A DNA stretch of 63,992 nucleotides, filler included, from Acetivibrio sp. (lineage in GTDB: Bacteria > Bacillota > Clostridia > Acetivibrionales > Acetivibrionaceae), in NCBI RefSeq assembly GCF_035371925.1. It is 11 parts of 11 records of this genome, joined end to end, with 100 filler letters (N's around TTAATTAATTAA, not from the genome) between each part and the next. Parts side by side here need not be neighbours in the genome. Positions count along the whole stretch, not along the records: positions 20,031 to 26,185 come from NZ_DAORXT010000128.1; positions 26,286 to 32,422 come from NZ_DAORXT010000129.1; 9 more parts are not named here. One strand, given 5' to 3'. Position numbers and translations under genes: made by a program. Below are positions 20,143 to 29,746 of this stretch, in pieces. Under the pieces are notes generated by a model. The model worked only from the letters and a program-made list of their open reading frames with translations, searched no databases and had not been told where the DNA came from. Positions within the stretch are counted from its first letter, which is position 1. Every line of letters begins with the position of its first letter.

Positions 20143-20400
20143 TGTTGTGGCGAGGCATACGATGAAGTGGGAGATTGCTGCGAAATAGATGCAGGTAACT
20201 TTCACGGAGAATGTCCGATTCTAGAAACCGGGCGACAAGTCACTGTACATTTTGCTATGCATATTATTATGCATATGATTTGGATAAGCTCAGCCCAGGT
20301 AAATATAAAATTATATTCCTGGGCTTTAATATAATCAAATAGGAAACACCCGGCATAGTGTACAGAAGTCTGCTTGTTGTACGTAATAATAATAAGGAGG
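20143..20400 (+). promoter_or_regulatory. Long structured 5' leader of rpsJ (candidate ribosomal protein leader)
   Basis: About 260-nt UTR, GC-richer than flanks, includes the AGCCCAGG...CCTGGGCT hairpin. Confidence 0.45.
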
Positions 20401-20407
20401 ATTATGT

Positions 20408-20719
20408 ATGGCAAACAAACAAAAAATCAGAATCAGATTGAAAGCGTTTGATCACCAAGTTCTTGACCAATCGGCAGAAAAGATAGTCGAGACAGCCAAG
20501 AGGACAGGAGCTAAAGTGTCGGGACCGGTACCGTTGCCTACTGAAAAGGAGATTATAACAATACTTAGAGCTCCGCATAAGTACAAGGATTCCCGTGAGC
20601 AGTTTGAAATGAGGACTCACAAGAGACTGATTGATATTCTGCTCCCAACACCGAAGACGGTAGATGCGTTGATGAGATTGGATTTGCCGGCAGGAGTAGA
20701 TATTGAGATAAAGCTGTAA
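20408..20719 (+). CDS. rpsJ: 30S ribosomal protein S10
   Basis: [32 protein letters not shown]. Confidence 0.98.
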   Translation: MANKQKIRIRLKAFDHQVLDQSAEKIVETAKRTGAKVSGPVPLPTEKEIITILRAPHKYKDSREQFEMRTHKRLIDILLPTPKTVDALMRLDLPAGVDIEIKL

Positions 20720-20808
20720 TGGCTTGGCAACAGTAAAAAAGGTCATGTTCACACGTAGTGAAAGTCAAATTTCATGAAGTGAACCAATAACCATAGGAGG
20801 GATAATAG

Positions 20809-21447
20809 ATGAAAAAATTTATGCTTGGCAAAAAAATAGGCATGACACAGATTTTTAACGATGAAGGATTGTTAATTCCTGTTACTGTTATAGAAGCAGG
20901 TCCAATAACAGTTGTTCAGAAGAAGAAGCCCGAAACAGACGGATATAATTCAGTAAAAGTCGGTTTTGGCGATATTCAGGAAAAAAGACTGAACAAGCCT
21001 CAAAAAGGAGTGTTCACAAAATTGGGTATAGCACCCAAAAAATATATCAGGGAATTTAGAGTTGAAGACCCTGATCAATATGAAGTAAAACAGGAAATTA
21101 AAGTTTCAGAAATGTTCCAGCCTGGTGACAGAATAGATGTGACAGGTATTTCAAAAGGTAAAGGCTTTGCAGGCGTAATTAAAAGGTTTGGAAATGCAAG
21201 AGGTAAGGAAACGCATGGCTCAATGTATCATAGAAGAGTGGGTTCCATGGGAGCAAATACAAATCCGGCGAGAGTATTCAAAGGTAAAAAGCTTCCGGGT
21301 CATATGGGTGTGGAAAGAGTAACCGTCCAGAATCTTGATGTAGTAAAAGTAGATGGCGAAAGAAACCTTTTACTTGTAAAAGGCGCTGTACCTGGAGCAA
21401 AAGGCGGATTGTTAATGATTAAAGATACAGTTAAAGCCGGTAAATAA
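20809..21447 (+). CDS. rplC: 50S ribosomal protein L3
   Basis: [29 protein letters not shown]. Confidence 0.98.
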   Translation: MKKFMLGKKIGMTQIFNDEGLLIPVTVIEAGPITVVQKKKPETDGYNSVKVGFGDIQEKRLNKPQKGVFTKLGIAPKKYIREFRVEDPDQYEVKQEIKVSEMFQPGDRIDVTGISKGKGFAGVIKRFGNARGKETHGSMYHRRVGSMGANTNPARVFKGKKLPGHMGVERVTVQNLDVVKVDGERNLLLVKGAVPGAKGGLLMIKDTVKAGK

Positions 21448-21470
21448 AAAGGGTGAAAGGAGGATTTAAA

Positions 21471-22094
21471 ATGCCGAAAGTTGATGTATATGATATAAAC
21501 GGTAAAGTAGTTGGAGACATAAATTTAAGTGACGACATTTTTGGAATCGAAGTCAACAAAAACGCTATTCATCAGGTTGTGGTGAATCAGCTGGCAAATA
21601 AAAGACAAGGTACCCAATCAACAAAGACAAAGAGCGAAGTAAGCGGAGGCGGCAGAAAGCCTTGGAGACAGAAGGGTACCGGTAGGGCAAGACACGGTAG
21701 TATCCGCTCGGCACAATGGGTTAAAGGCGGAATAGTACTTGGACCAAAGCCAAGAAGCTACAGATACACACTTCCCAAAAAGGTTAGAAGACTTGCATTG
21801 AAGTCGGCGTTGTCATCAAAGGTTAATGAAAATGAATTGCTTGTACTTGACAGCTTGAACTTCGACCAAATAAAGACCAAACAAATGGCAAATGTATTAA
21901 AGAACTTGAATGTTAACGAGACAGCAGTGTTGGTTTTGGCTGAGAAGAACAAAAATGTGGAATTGTCGGCAAGAAATATTCCTGGTTTGAAGACTTTGTT
22001 TGTTAACACAATAAATGTGTATGATATAGTTAAGTACAACAAGTTTATAATAACCAAGGATGCCGTATCAAAAGTTGAGGAGGTGTACGCATAA
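21471..22094 (+). CDS. rplD: 50S ribosomal protein L4
   Basis: [19 protein letters not shown]; start at ATG after GGAGG. Confidence 0.98.
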   Translation: MPKVDVYDINGKVVGDINLSDDIFGIEVNKNAIHQVVVNQLANKRQGTQSTKTKSEVSGGGRKPWRQKGTGRARHGSIRSAQWVKGGIVLGPKPRSYRYTLPKKVRRLALKSALSSKVNENELLVLDSLNFDQIKTKQMANVLKNLNVNETAVLVLAEKNKNVELSARNIPGLKTLFVNTINVYDIVKYNKFIITKDAVSKVEEVYA

Positions 22095-22447
22095 TGAGAG
22101 CTGCTGAAGATATAATCAAAAGGCCTTATATTACTGAAAAAAGCAATGCCGAGATTGCAGAAGGCAAGTACACCTTTATTGTGGATGTAAAAGCTACAAA
22201 AACTGAAATAAGGCAAGCGGTTGAAAAGCTGTTTCAGGTAAAGGTACTTAAAGTGAATACTATTAAGTGTGACGGTAAAAGAAAGAGACTGGGAGTACAT
22301 GAAGGCTTTAGACCGGATTGGAAAAAGGCAATAGTAAAGATTGATACAGATCCGAAGCCGGTAACATATTTGGCTGAAGGTGGCAAAACAGCCACAACAA
22401 CAAAGAAATACAAAACAAGTATTGAAGAATTTGGTGCTGCACAATAA
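22094..22447 (+). CDS. rplW: 50S ribosomal protein L23 (C-terminally extended)
   Basis: IIKRPYITEK, KYTFIVD, WKKAIV; operon position. Confidence 0.97.
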   Translation: MRAAEDIIKRPYITEKSNAEIAEGKYTFIVDVKATKTEIRQAVEKLFQVKVLKVNTIKCDGKRKRLGVHEGFRPDWKKAIVKIDTDPKPVTYLAEGGKTATTTKKYKTSIEEFGAAQ

Positions 22448-22490
22448 GAAGATCTTACCAGTAGTAAGATAGATTAAGGAGTGAAAAGAA

Positions 22491-23318
22491 ATGCCAGTTA
22501 AGAAGTATAATCCAACATCTCCAGGAACAAGGTTTATGACTGTGTCGTCCTTTGAGGAGATAACTAAAAAAGAACCGGAAAAATCACTGTTGGCACCCCT
22601 TAAGAAGACTGGCGGCAGGAACTCATACGGAAGAATTACAGTTCGCCACCATGGTGGGGGAGCAAAACAAAAATATAGAATAATCGACTTTAAGAGAGAC
22701 AAGGATGGAATAAAATCAAAGGTTGCGGCTATAGAATATGACCCGAACAGAACTGCTTATATAGCACTTCTCCATTATGCTGACGGTGAAAAGAGATATA
22801 TCTTGGCACCTCACGGATTGAAAGTCGGAGACATAGTAGAGTCGGGTGAAAATGCCGACATTAAGCCGGGAAATGCATTGGCGCTTGAAAATATTCCGGT
22901 GGGTACGGAAATCCATAATATTGAACTTAAGCCGGGTAAGGGTGCACAGCTGGTTAGAGCTGCAGGAAATGTTGCACAGTTGATGGCAAAAGAAGGCGAT
23001 TATGCACAGGTAAGATTGCCTTCCGGCGAGGTAAGAATGGTAAGCCTGAAGTGTAAAGCTACTATAGGACAGGTGGGCAATATTGAGCATGAAAATGTTT
23101 CAATAGGTAAAGCCGGAAGAAAGAGATGGATGGGAGTAAGGCCTACAGTTCGTGGTGTTGTAATGAACCCGGTTGATCACCCGCATGGTGGTGGTGAAGG
23201 TAGATCGCCGATCGGTAGACCAAGTCCGGTAACTCCATGGGGTAAACCGACATTGGGTTACAAGACAAGAAAGAAGAACAAAGCATCCGACAAATTTATT
23301 GTTAAGAAAAGAAAATAA
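22491..23318 (+). CDS. rplB: 50S ribosomal protein L2
   Basis: [24 protein letters not shown]. Confidence 0.99.
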   Translation: MPVKKYNPTSPGTRFMTVSSFEEITKKEPEKSLLAPLKKTGGRNSYGRITVRHHGGGAKQKYRIIDFKRDKDGIKSKVAAIEYDPNRTAYIALLHYADGEKRYILAPHGLKVGDIVESGENADIKPGNALALENIPVGTEIHNIELKPGKGAQLVRAAGNVAQLMAKEGDYAQVRLPSGEVRMVSLKCKATIGQVGNIEHENVSIGKAGRKRWMGVRPTVRGVVMNPVDHPHGGGEGRSPIGRPSPVTPWGKPTLGYKTRKKNKASDKFIVKKRK

Positions 23319-23376
23319 TTAGCAATTGTTCTGTTAGAGGTTTTTAGGCGGTAAACGAAAGGAGGACATGGTTAGA

Positions 23377-23661
23377 ATGAGTAGATCCGTAAAAAAGGGA
23401 CCATATGTTGACCCGAAGCTTCTTAAGAAAATAGAAGATATGAACGCTAAAAACGAAAAGAAGGTTATAAAAACATGGTCCAGAGCTTCTACAATATTTC
23501 CTCAGATGGTAGGACACACAATTGCAGTACATGACGGAAGAAAGCATGTACCGATTTATATATCGGAAGAGATGGTAGGACACAAGTTGGGAGAGTTTGC
23601 TCCAACAAGGACTTATAAAGGACACGCTGGCCATACTGAAAAATCTACAGGATTAAAGTAA
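23377..23661 (+). CDS. rpsS: 30S ribosomal protein S19
   Basis: [23 protein letters not shown]. Confidence 0.98.
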   Translation: MSRSVKKGPYVDPKLLKKIEDMNAKNEKKVIKTWSRASTIFPQMVGHTIAVHDGRKHVPIYISEEMVGHKLGEFAPTRTYKGHAGHTEKSTGLK

Positions 23662-23691
23662 GGTAAAGTTTACTGAAAGGAGGAGATTCGG

Positions 23692-24168
23692 GTGGCAAAG
23701 GATGCAAAGGTTAAACAGGAAAATCTTGAAGAAAAAGAAAAAGCATTAGAAACTGTTAATGCTAAACACAGAAAGTCAAATAAGCCGGCTTTGCTTACTA
23801 AGAGTGAAAGAAAGAAGCTCGGTATTGGAAAAGACCAGGGCAAAGCTGTTTTAAGATATGCAAGAATATCTTCAAGAAAAGTAAAAATTGTATTGGATCT
23901 TATAAAAGGTAAAGATATTGATGAAGCATACGGTATATTGAGATATACTCCAAAAGCTTCTTCAGAAATACTGTATAAGCTTTTAAAATCGGCTGAGGCA
24001 AATGCAACTAACAATAACGGATTGAACAGAGACAATCTGTATGTTGCAGAAGCTTTTGCAAATCAAGGGCCTACTTTGAAAAGAATACTGCCTAGAGCAA
24101 AAGGTAGTGCAGACAGAATTAGAAAAAGAACCAGTCATATTACTTTGGTAGTTAAAGAAAGAAGTTAA
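23692..24168 (+). CDS. rplV: 50S ribosomal protein L22 with N-terminal extension
   Basis: L22 core ([12 protein letters not shown]...RTSHITLVV) preceded by ~48 extra residues; GTG start after AAAGGAGG. Confidence 0.97.
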   Translation: MAKDAKVKQENLEEKEKALETVNAKHRKSNKPALLTKSERKKLGIGKDQGKAVLRYARISSRKVKIVLDLIKGKDIDEAYGILRYTPKASSEILYKLLKSAEANATNNNGLNRDNLYVAEAFANQGPTLKRILPRAKGSADRIRKRTSHITLVVKERS

Positions 24169-24187
24169 TGGAAAAGGAGGGTGGATG

Positions 24188-24856
24188 ATGGGCCAAAAAG
24201 TAAATCCCCATGGACTTAGAATAGGAATTATAAAAGACTGGGATACAAAATGGTATGCCAATAACAAAAACTTTAGCGAATACTTGGTGGAAGATTTTAA
24301 AATAAGAAAGTTCATTAAGAATAAGCTTTATTCAGCAGGTATTTCAAGAATTGAGATAGAGAGAGCTGCAAACAAGGTAAAGATTAACGTTAATGCTGCA
24401 AAACCCGGACTGATAATAGGTAAGGGCGGAGCTGGTATCGAAGAATTGAGAAAGCAGCTTGAAAAGATGACACAGAAGAGTGTGTTGATAAATATAACTG
24501 AGATAAAAGTTCCGGAATTGGATTCACAGATTGTTGCAGAAAATATTGCTTCCCAGCTTGAAAAGAGAATATCTTTCAGAAGAGCAATGAAGCAGGCAAT
24601 GTCAAGAGCTATGAGACTTGGAGCGAAAGGAATAAAGACAGCCGTATCCGGACGTATTGGTGGTGCTGAAATAGCCAGAACAGAGCATTATCATGAAGGA
24701 ACAATTCCTCTCCAGACATTAAGAGCCGATGTTGACTACGGATTTGCTGAAGCCAATACAACTTACGGCAAATTAGGCGTTAAAGTTTGGATATATAAAG
24801 GAGAAGTTCTTCCGGCTGTTAAGAAGGATAAGAAGCAGGAAGGAGGAGATAAGTAA
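24188..24856 (+). CDS. rpsC: 30S ribosomal protein S3
   Basis: [32 protein letters not shown]. Confidence 0.98.
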   Translation: MGQKVNPHGLRIGIIKDWDTKWYANNKNFSEYLVEDFKIRKFIKNKLYSAGISRIEIERAANKVKINVNAAKPGLIIGKGGAGIEELRKQLEKMTQKSVLINITEIKVPELDSQIVAENIASQLEKRISFRRAMKQAMSRAMRLGAKGIKTAVSGRIGGAEIARTEHYHEGTIPLQTLRADVDYGFAEANTTYGKLGVKVWIYKGEVLPAVKKDKKQEGGDK

Positions 24857-25293
24857 TGTTAATGCCTAAAAGGGTAAAGCATAGAAAGGTTCAGAGAGGA
24901 AGAATGAAGGGCGTTGCAACCAGAGGAAACAAGGTTATGCACGGCGATTTCGGTCTTCAGGCTCTGGAGCCGGCTTGGATAACAAGCAATCAGATAGAAG
25001 CAGCGAGAATAGCGATGACTCGTTTTATAAAAAGAGGCGGAAAGGTTTGGATAAAAATATTCCCAGACAAACCTGTAACTGCGAAGCCTGCTGAAACCCG
25101 TATGGGAAGCGGTAAAGGTTCTCCTGAATATTGGGTAGCTGTTGTAAAACCGGGAAGAATAATGTTTGAAATTGCCGGGGTGTCGGAAGAAGTTGCAAGG
25201 GAAGCTCTAAGGCTTGCTATGCATAAACTTCCCATTAAGTGTAAATTCGTGACACGTGAAGATGAAATGGGTGGTGAAGCAAATGAAAGCTAA
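24856..25293 (+). CDS. rplP: 50S ribosomal protein L16
   Basis: [23 protein letters not shown]. Confidence 0.98.
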   Translation: MLMPKRVKHRKVQRGRMKGVATRGNKVMHGDFGLQALEPAWITSNQIEAARIAMTRFIKRGGKVWIKIFPDKPVTAKPAETRMGSGKGSPEYWVAVVKPGRIMFEIAGVSEEVAREALRLAMHKLPIKCKFVTREDEMGGEANES

Positions 25294-25486
25294 AGATATA
25301 AGAAAAAAATCTCAAGAAGAATTGGAAAAGGAACTCGTAGAGTTGAAGTCAGAGCTTTTTAAACTTAGGTTTCAGCACGCTACCAATCAACTCGAAAATC
25401 CTATGAAGTTAAAGGATGTTAAAAAATCCATTGCTCGTATAAAGACTATATTAAAGGAAAGAGAACTTAAGGGAATGCAGGTTTAA
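25283..25486 (+). CDS. rpmC: 50S ribosomal protein L29
   Basis: [23 protein letters not shown]. Confidence 0.96.
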   Translation: MKAKDIRKKSQEELEKELVELKSELFKLRFQHATNQLENPMKLKDVKKSIARIKTILKERELKGMQV

Positions 25487-25512
25487 TATCCCTTGAAAGG
25501 AGGTAGTTTTAG

Positions 25513-25770
25513 TTGGCTGAGAGAGGATTAAGAAAAGTCAAAGTTGGTAAAGTTACCAGCGATAAGATGGATAAAACAATAGTTGTATCTATAGAAAGCT
25601 CTGAAAAACACCCTCTATATAAAAAGTTTGTTAAGAGAACTTACAAACTGAAAGCTCATGATGAGAATAATGAGTGCAGAGTCGGTGATATAGTTAAAGT
25701 AATGGAAACACGTCCGCTTAGCAGGGATAAAAGGTGGAGACTCGTTGAGATTGTTGAAAGAGCCCGTTAA
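25513..25770 (+). CDS. rpsQ: 30S ribosomal protein S17
   Basis: [24 protein letters not shown] start. Confidence 0.97.
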   Translation: MAERGLRKVKVGKVTSDKMDKTIVVSIESSEKHPLYKKFVKRTYKLKAHDENNECRVGDIVKVMETRPLSRDKRWRLVEIVERAR

Positions 25771-25794
25771 TGATATCTGAAAGGAGGTTCTATT

Positions 25795-26163
25795 ATGATT
25801 CAGGTACAAACAACACTTAAGGTTGCAGATAATACCGGGGCTAAGAAGCTTATGTGCATAAAAGTTCTTGGAGGTTCCAAGAGAAAGTATGCAAACATTG
25901 GTGATGTTATAGTAGCTTCTGTTAAAGATGCAACACCCGGTGGCGTTGTTAAAAAAGGTGATGTTGTAAGATGTGTAATTGTCCGCTCCAAAAGAGGAGT
26001 TAGAAGACCGGACGGTTCATATATAAAGTTTGATGAAAATGCAGCAGTCTTAATCAAAGAGGATAAAAACCCAAGAGGAACTCGTATATTTGGGCCTGTT
26101 GCAAGAGAATTAAGGGATAAGGAATATATGAAAATTTTGTCCCTCGCACCAGAAGTTCTATAA
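25795..26163 (+). CDS. rplN: 50S ribosomal protein L14
   Basis: [21 protein letters not shown]. Confidence 0.98.
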   Translation: MIQVQTTLKVADNTGAKKLMCIKVLGGSKRKYANIGDVIVASVKDATPGGVVKKGDVVRCVIVRSKRGVRRPDGSYIKFDENAAVLIKEDKNPRGTRIFGPVARELRDKEYMKILSLAPEVL

Positions 26164-26185
26164 GGGAGGAGGCGGCTTAAGTTGA

Positions 26186-26285
26186 NNNNNNNNNNNNNNN
26201 NNNNNNNNNNNNNNNNNNNNNNNNNNNNNTTAATTAATTAANNNNNNNNNNNNNNNNNNNNNNNNNNNNNNNNNNNNNNNNNNNN
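26186..26285. other. Artificial contig linker
   Basis: N44-TTAATTAATTAA-N44. Confidence 0.99.
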
Positions 26286-26364
26286 CTTGCTCCTGAAATA
26301 GAGACCTCGAAAGCAATACGAGTTTTCGAGAGCATTAAAATATAAGAAGGAGGGGGGCATTAAC

Positions 26365-27054
26365 ATGAGAATACTGATAATCGAAGATAATGTCCAACTT
26401 GCTGAAAATATGGCCCAGTTATTTAAGAATAGCAACTATATAGTTACATGTGTTCACAATGGAGAAGATGGGTTGGACTTTGCTCTTACAGGTATTTATG
26501 ACATCATTGTACTAGACTCAAAGCTTCCTAAGATGGACGGCATCACCTTGCTTAAGACCCTCAGAAAAAGAAATCTGTCAACTCCTGTTATACTAATCTC
26601 CGACAAAAACACACCATCCGACATTGTAAATGGCCTCGACAGTGGTGCCGATGACTATCTGGCAAAACCTTTTTCATCGGAAGTACTGATGGCAAGAATC
26701 CGTGCTTTAGGAAGACGCAAAGGCGGTATTGTCATGAACAACATACTATGTTTTGGCGATATTGAGCTAAACACTTCAAACCTAATGCTATCCACACAGT
26801 CATCTGAAATAGGTCTGACACGCCGTGAATGTGAGCTTCTTGAGTTTCTAATCCTTAGAAAAGGTATAATTTCCCCTAAAGAAACAATCATCGAAAAGCT
26901 GTGGGGGTTTGACTCCAAAGCAAGCGCCAACCACGTTGAAGTCTACGTATCCTTTTTAAGGAAGAAACTTTATAATATCAATTCCAAGGTGACAATAGAT
27001 ACCATTCGTGGCGCAGGCTATGAACTAAAGTATACGGAAAATACCGCAACTTAA
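26365..27054 (+). CDS. OmpR/PhoB-family response regulator
   Basis: ILIIEDN, IVLDSKLP, GADDYLAKPF, winged helix TIRGAGY. Confidence 0.92.
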   Translation: MRILIIEDNVQLAENMAQLFKNSNYIVTCVHNGEDGLDFALTGIYDIIVLDSKLPKMDGITLLKTLRKRNLSTPVILISDKNTPSDIVNGLDSGADDYLAKPFSSEVLMARIRALGRRKGGIVMNNILCFGDIELNTSNLMLSTQSSEIGLTRRECELLEFLILRKGIISPKETIIEKLWGFDSKASANHVEVYVSFLRKKLYNINSKVTIDTIRGAGYELKYTENTAT

Positions 27055-27079
27055 GTCTGTTGAGTTTTCGCCAACTGGG

Positions 27080-27702
27080 TTAATATGAAAATTCTCCCAA
27101 AACTTTGTTTATTTTTATATCGGCTTCCTTAAGTATTTTCATAGTCTTTTCCGGACTGTATTCTCCTTCAACTTCCATAACATTATCCCAAACATCCATC
27201 AATGCTCCAAAAACATACGATTCTGCCGGAGCCCATCCAGGTATCGCCGGATAACTCTTTGCATAATTCATTTGCTCAGCAAATACCTTTCTCATTCTGT
27301 GTCCTTTGAACCACGGATCCTCATATGCTGATTTAACCACCGGTAGAAAATCTGTTTTTTCGCAATATTCTATTTGTGCCTCTTTACTTGTCAAGTATTT
27401 TACAAGCTTTATTGCCTCATTTCGATTTTGTGAGCTTTGGAAAACCGCAAGAGAGCTTCCCCCAAGATACACATATCGCCCTTTCGGCCCTTCCGGAAGC
27501 ATTGCAACTCCAACATTTTCTATGAAATTGACTCCATTATCCCTTTGATTGTTTTCCAATACACCGACAACCCATGAACCTAAAATTGAAGTAGCATAAT
27601 CGCCTTTGATAAATTTAGCCTCAATATCCGCAGTATTCATTGCCAGTGATTGTCTATCCATCAGCCCTTCAACCGCAAGTTCCGAATAAAACTTAATTCC
27701 GC
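27080..27702 (-). pseudogene. C-terminal half of a family-1 solute-binding protein, 5'-truncated
   Basis: SBP motifs (GGSSLAVF, EAIKLVKYLTSKEAQ, FLPVVK); no signal or lipobox; in-frame homology-like text runs up to the AKR stop codon. Confidence 0.6.
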
Positions 27703-28833
27703 TTATTGACCGGACAAAATTCTTGCCGTTTCTTTCAATTGCTTTCTTATCTCAAGCTTTTGAGGACATTTCGATTCACACACACCGCACTCAATACACT
27801 CATGGGCCGGTTTACCCTTGTACCATTCAACCTTGCCTATTTGGCTGTATTGGCCTTTCGCATAGTCGGTAATTTTATACACCCTGTGATAATTCATCAG
27901 CTGAAAGTTAAGAGGAATATTGACACCGGCAGGACACGGCATACAATAATTGCAACCGGTGCAATACAGTTCTTCCATCCGCTTATTTTCCTCCATTGAA
28001 GCATTAATCCTGTCGAGCTCTTCCTTTGTAAGAGGAGTATCATTGGATGCAATACGCGCATTCTCTTCCACCATTTCAATTGTGCTCATTCCCGACAATG
28101 CACAGTCAACATTCGGATTGGCAAGTACGAAACGCAAGGCTATTTCCGCACAGCTTACCGTCTTTTGAGGAAGCAGTTTTTTAATTGTCTCCGAAGGTTC
28201 CCCAAGTTTTCCTCCACCCACAGGTCCCATGATTATTACTCCAAGACCCTTGCTCTTAGCGTACTCTATGGCCTTTTCATTGCTTCTGTCAAGAAGGTTG
28301 TACTGGCACAATACCGTTTCAAAGCTGCCGGTATCCACAAGCTTAATTAGATTTTCAGGTTTGTCGTGAAATGAAAAAGATATATGCCGGATAAGCCCCT
28401 CTTCTTTTGCCTTCTGTGCAGCCTCCAAAGGCCCTCCCTTCACATCTATGCTTTTTTCATAGGTTTCGAGGCTGATACCCCACATATGATAAAAATCAAT
28501 ATAATCTGTATCCAGCTTTTTTAACGAGTTTTCCAACCGTTTACGCCAATCGGCTCCCGAGGTATTCTCAATTGGATTTTTGGTGGATAAATAAACCTTG
28601 TCCCTCCAACCTTTTAAAGCCTTGCCTACAATAATCTCGCTTTCACCGTTGCAGTATCCGGGAGCGGTATCTATATAATTTACTCCCAGTTCAAATGCCC
28701 TATGAATCATTTCAATGCTTTTTTCAACGTCAAACTCGGTCTTTCCGTTAATATTAATCTCCGGAAGCCTCATTGCTCCAAATCCCAAAGCAGATATTTT
28801 AACACCGGTTTTGCCCAATTCGCGGTACTGCAT
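27703..28833 (-). CDS. Aldo/keto reductase with C-terminal 4Fe-4S dicluster
   Basis: LGFGAMRLP, YIDTAPGY, CTGCNYCMPC and CIECGVCESKC. Confidence 0.92.
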   Translation of the reverse strand: MQYRELGKTGVKISALGFGAMRLPEININGKTEFDVEKSIEMIHRAFELGVNYIDTAPGYCNGESEIIVGKALKGWRDKVYLSTKNPIENTSGADWRKRLENSLKKLDTDYIDFYHMWGISLETYEKSIDVKGGPLEAAQKAKEEGLIRHISFSFHDKPENLIKLVDTGSFETVLCQYNLLDRSNEKAIEYAKSKGLGVIIMGPVGGGKLGEPSETIKKLLPQKTVSCAEIALRFVLANPNVDCALSGMSTIEMVEENARIASNDTPLTKEELDRINASMEENKRMEELYCTGCNYCMPCPAGVNIPLNFQLMNYHRVYKITDYAKGQYSQIGKVEWYKGKPAHECIECGVCESKCPQKLEIRKQLKETARILSGQ

Positions 28834-29220
28834 TCTTTTTCCTCCAATCCATAATCCTTATTTAAAAAATTGGCCTAAATACAAATATATCCACCCCTAA
28901 GTTACCCTTTTACATTCTAACAAAAGAAACACTGTGCGTCCATATTTTATCTAAAGCCTTCCAGCTTCTTGGCATTCTTTTTTTTATCGAACTTTTTTAT
29001 ATAATATTTAATAATTTTGGTCATAAAAAATCAATCCAATACGAACTTAATAATTATGAATCAAATAATATAAGTGATGGTTGTTTGAAAGCAAGGTGTT
29101 ACATTTATGTCCCTCAAATTACAAATGTACACATCCTTTTTCCAAACAACGAATCATATGAGCGTTAAGCTCCCTCCCTTTTTTAGCCGGACTTCACAAA
29201 GGTGAAACGGTATCAACACA

Positions 29221-29260
29221 AAAGGCCGTCTGTCATAAAATTGACAGTCAGCCTTTTTTT
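29221..29260 (-). terminator. Terminator downstream of glutaredoxin
   Basis: AGGC..CTGTCA / TGACAG..GCCT stem flanked by A/T runs. Confidence 0.65.
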
Positions 29261-29340
29261 ACATGCGCTCCATTTCACCCAATAATTTATATTACAGGAT
29301 TAATAGCGTTCTATTTTAAAAACATCCGTTAATAAAACCT

Positions 29341-29571
29341 TCAGTTTCCTATCAAACTGTCTATTTTACCCTGATCAAATCCTACAACGATGTTTCCGCC
29401 AATATCCACAACAGGTACACCGCGTTGACCGGATTTTCTAATCATTTCCATCGCAGCATTCCTGTCGGATGCAACGTTGATTTCCCTATAGGATACGCCC
29501 TTTTCATCCAAATATTCTTTTACTCTTGTGCACCAAGGACATGTAGGTGTAGTATATACGATTACGTCCAT
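29341..29571 (-). CDS. Glutaredoxin-like protein (YruB/NrdH type)
   Basis: CPWC, GQRGVPVV, VGFD. Confidence 0.92.
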   Translation of the reverse strand: MDVIVYTTPTCPWCTRVKEYLDEKGVSYREINVASDRNAAMEMIRKSGQRGVPVVDIGGNIVVGFDQGKIDSLIGN

Positions 29572-29746
29572 ATTATCGCCCTCCTATTTATTTTACTTAG
29601 ACTACTATTATTTAATTATTCCACAATAATTCCTTTTAAAACACCCACTTTTCATTTTAAAACCTAATACTGCCAAGTCAAAAACGGTCAGACTCCCCAT
29701 AAAAATCCAAACGGAGCCTGACCGGGTTTTAAAACATTAGTTTGCC

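Noticed and set aside
21758..22702. 314-aa antisense ORF over rplD-rplW-rplB, and many other 60-200 aa overlapping ORFs
   Set aside because: Shadow frames of well-supported genes with no RBS or motifs
26238..26435. ORFs containing X runs (also 50237-50530)
   Set aside because: They run into linker Ns
29110..29215. GGAGG followed by a 12-codon minus-strand ORF and small hairpins upstream of the AKR
   Set aside because: Poor RBS spacing and no recognisable motif
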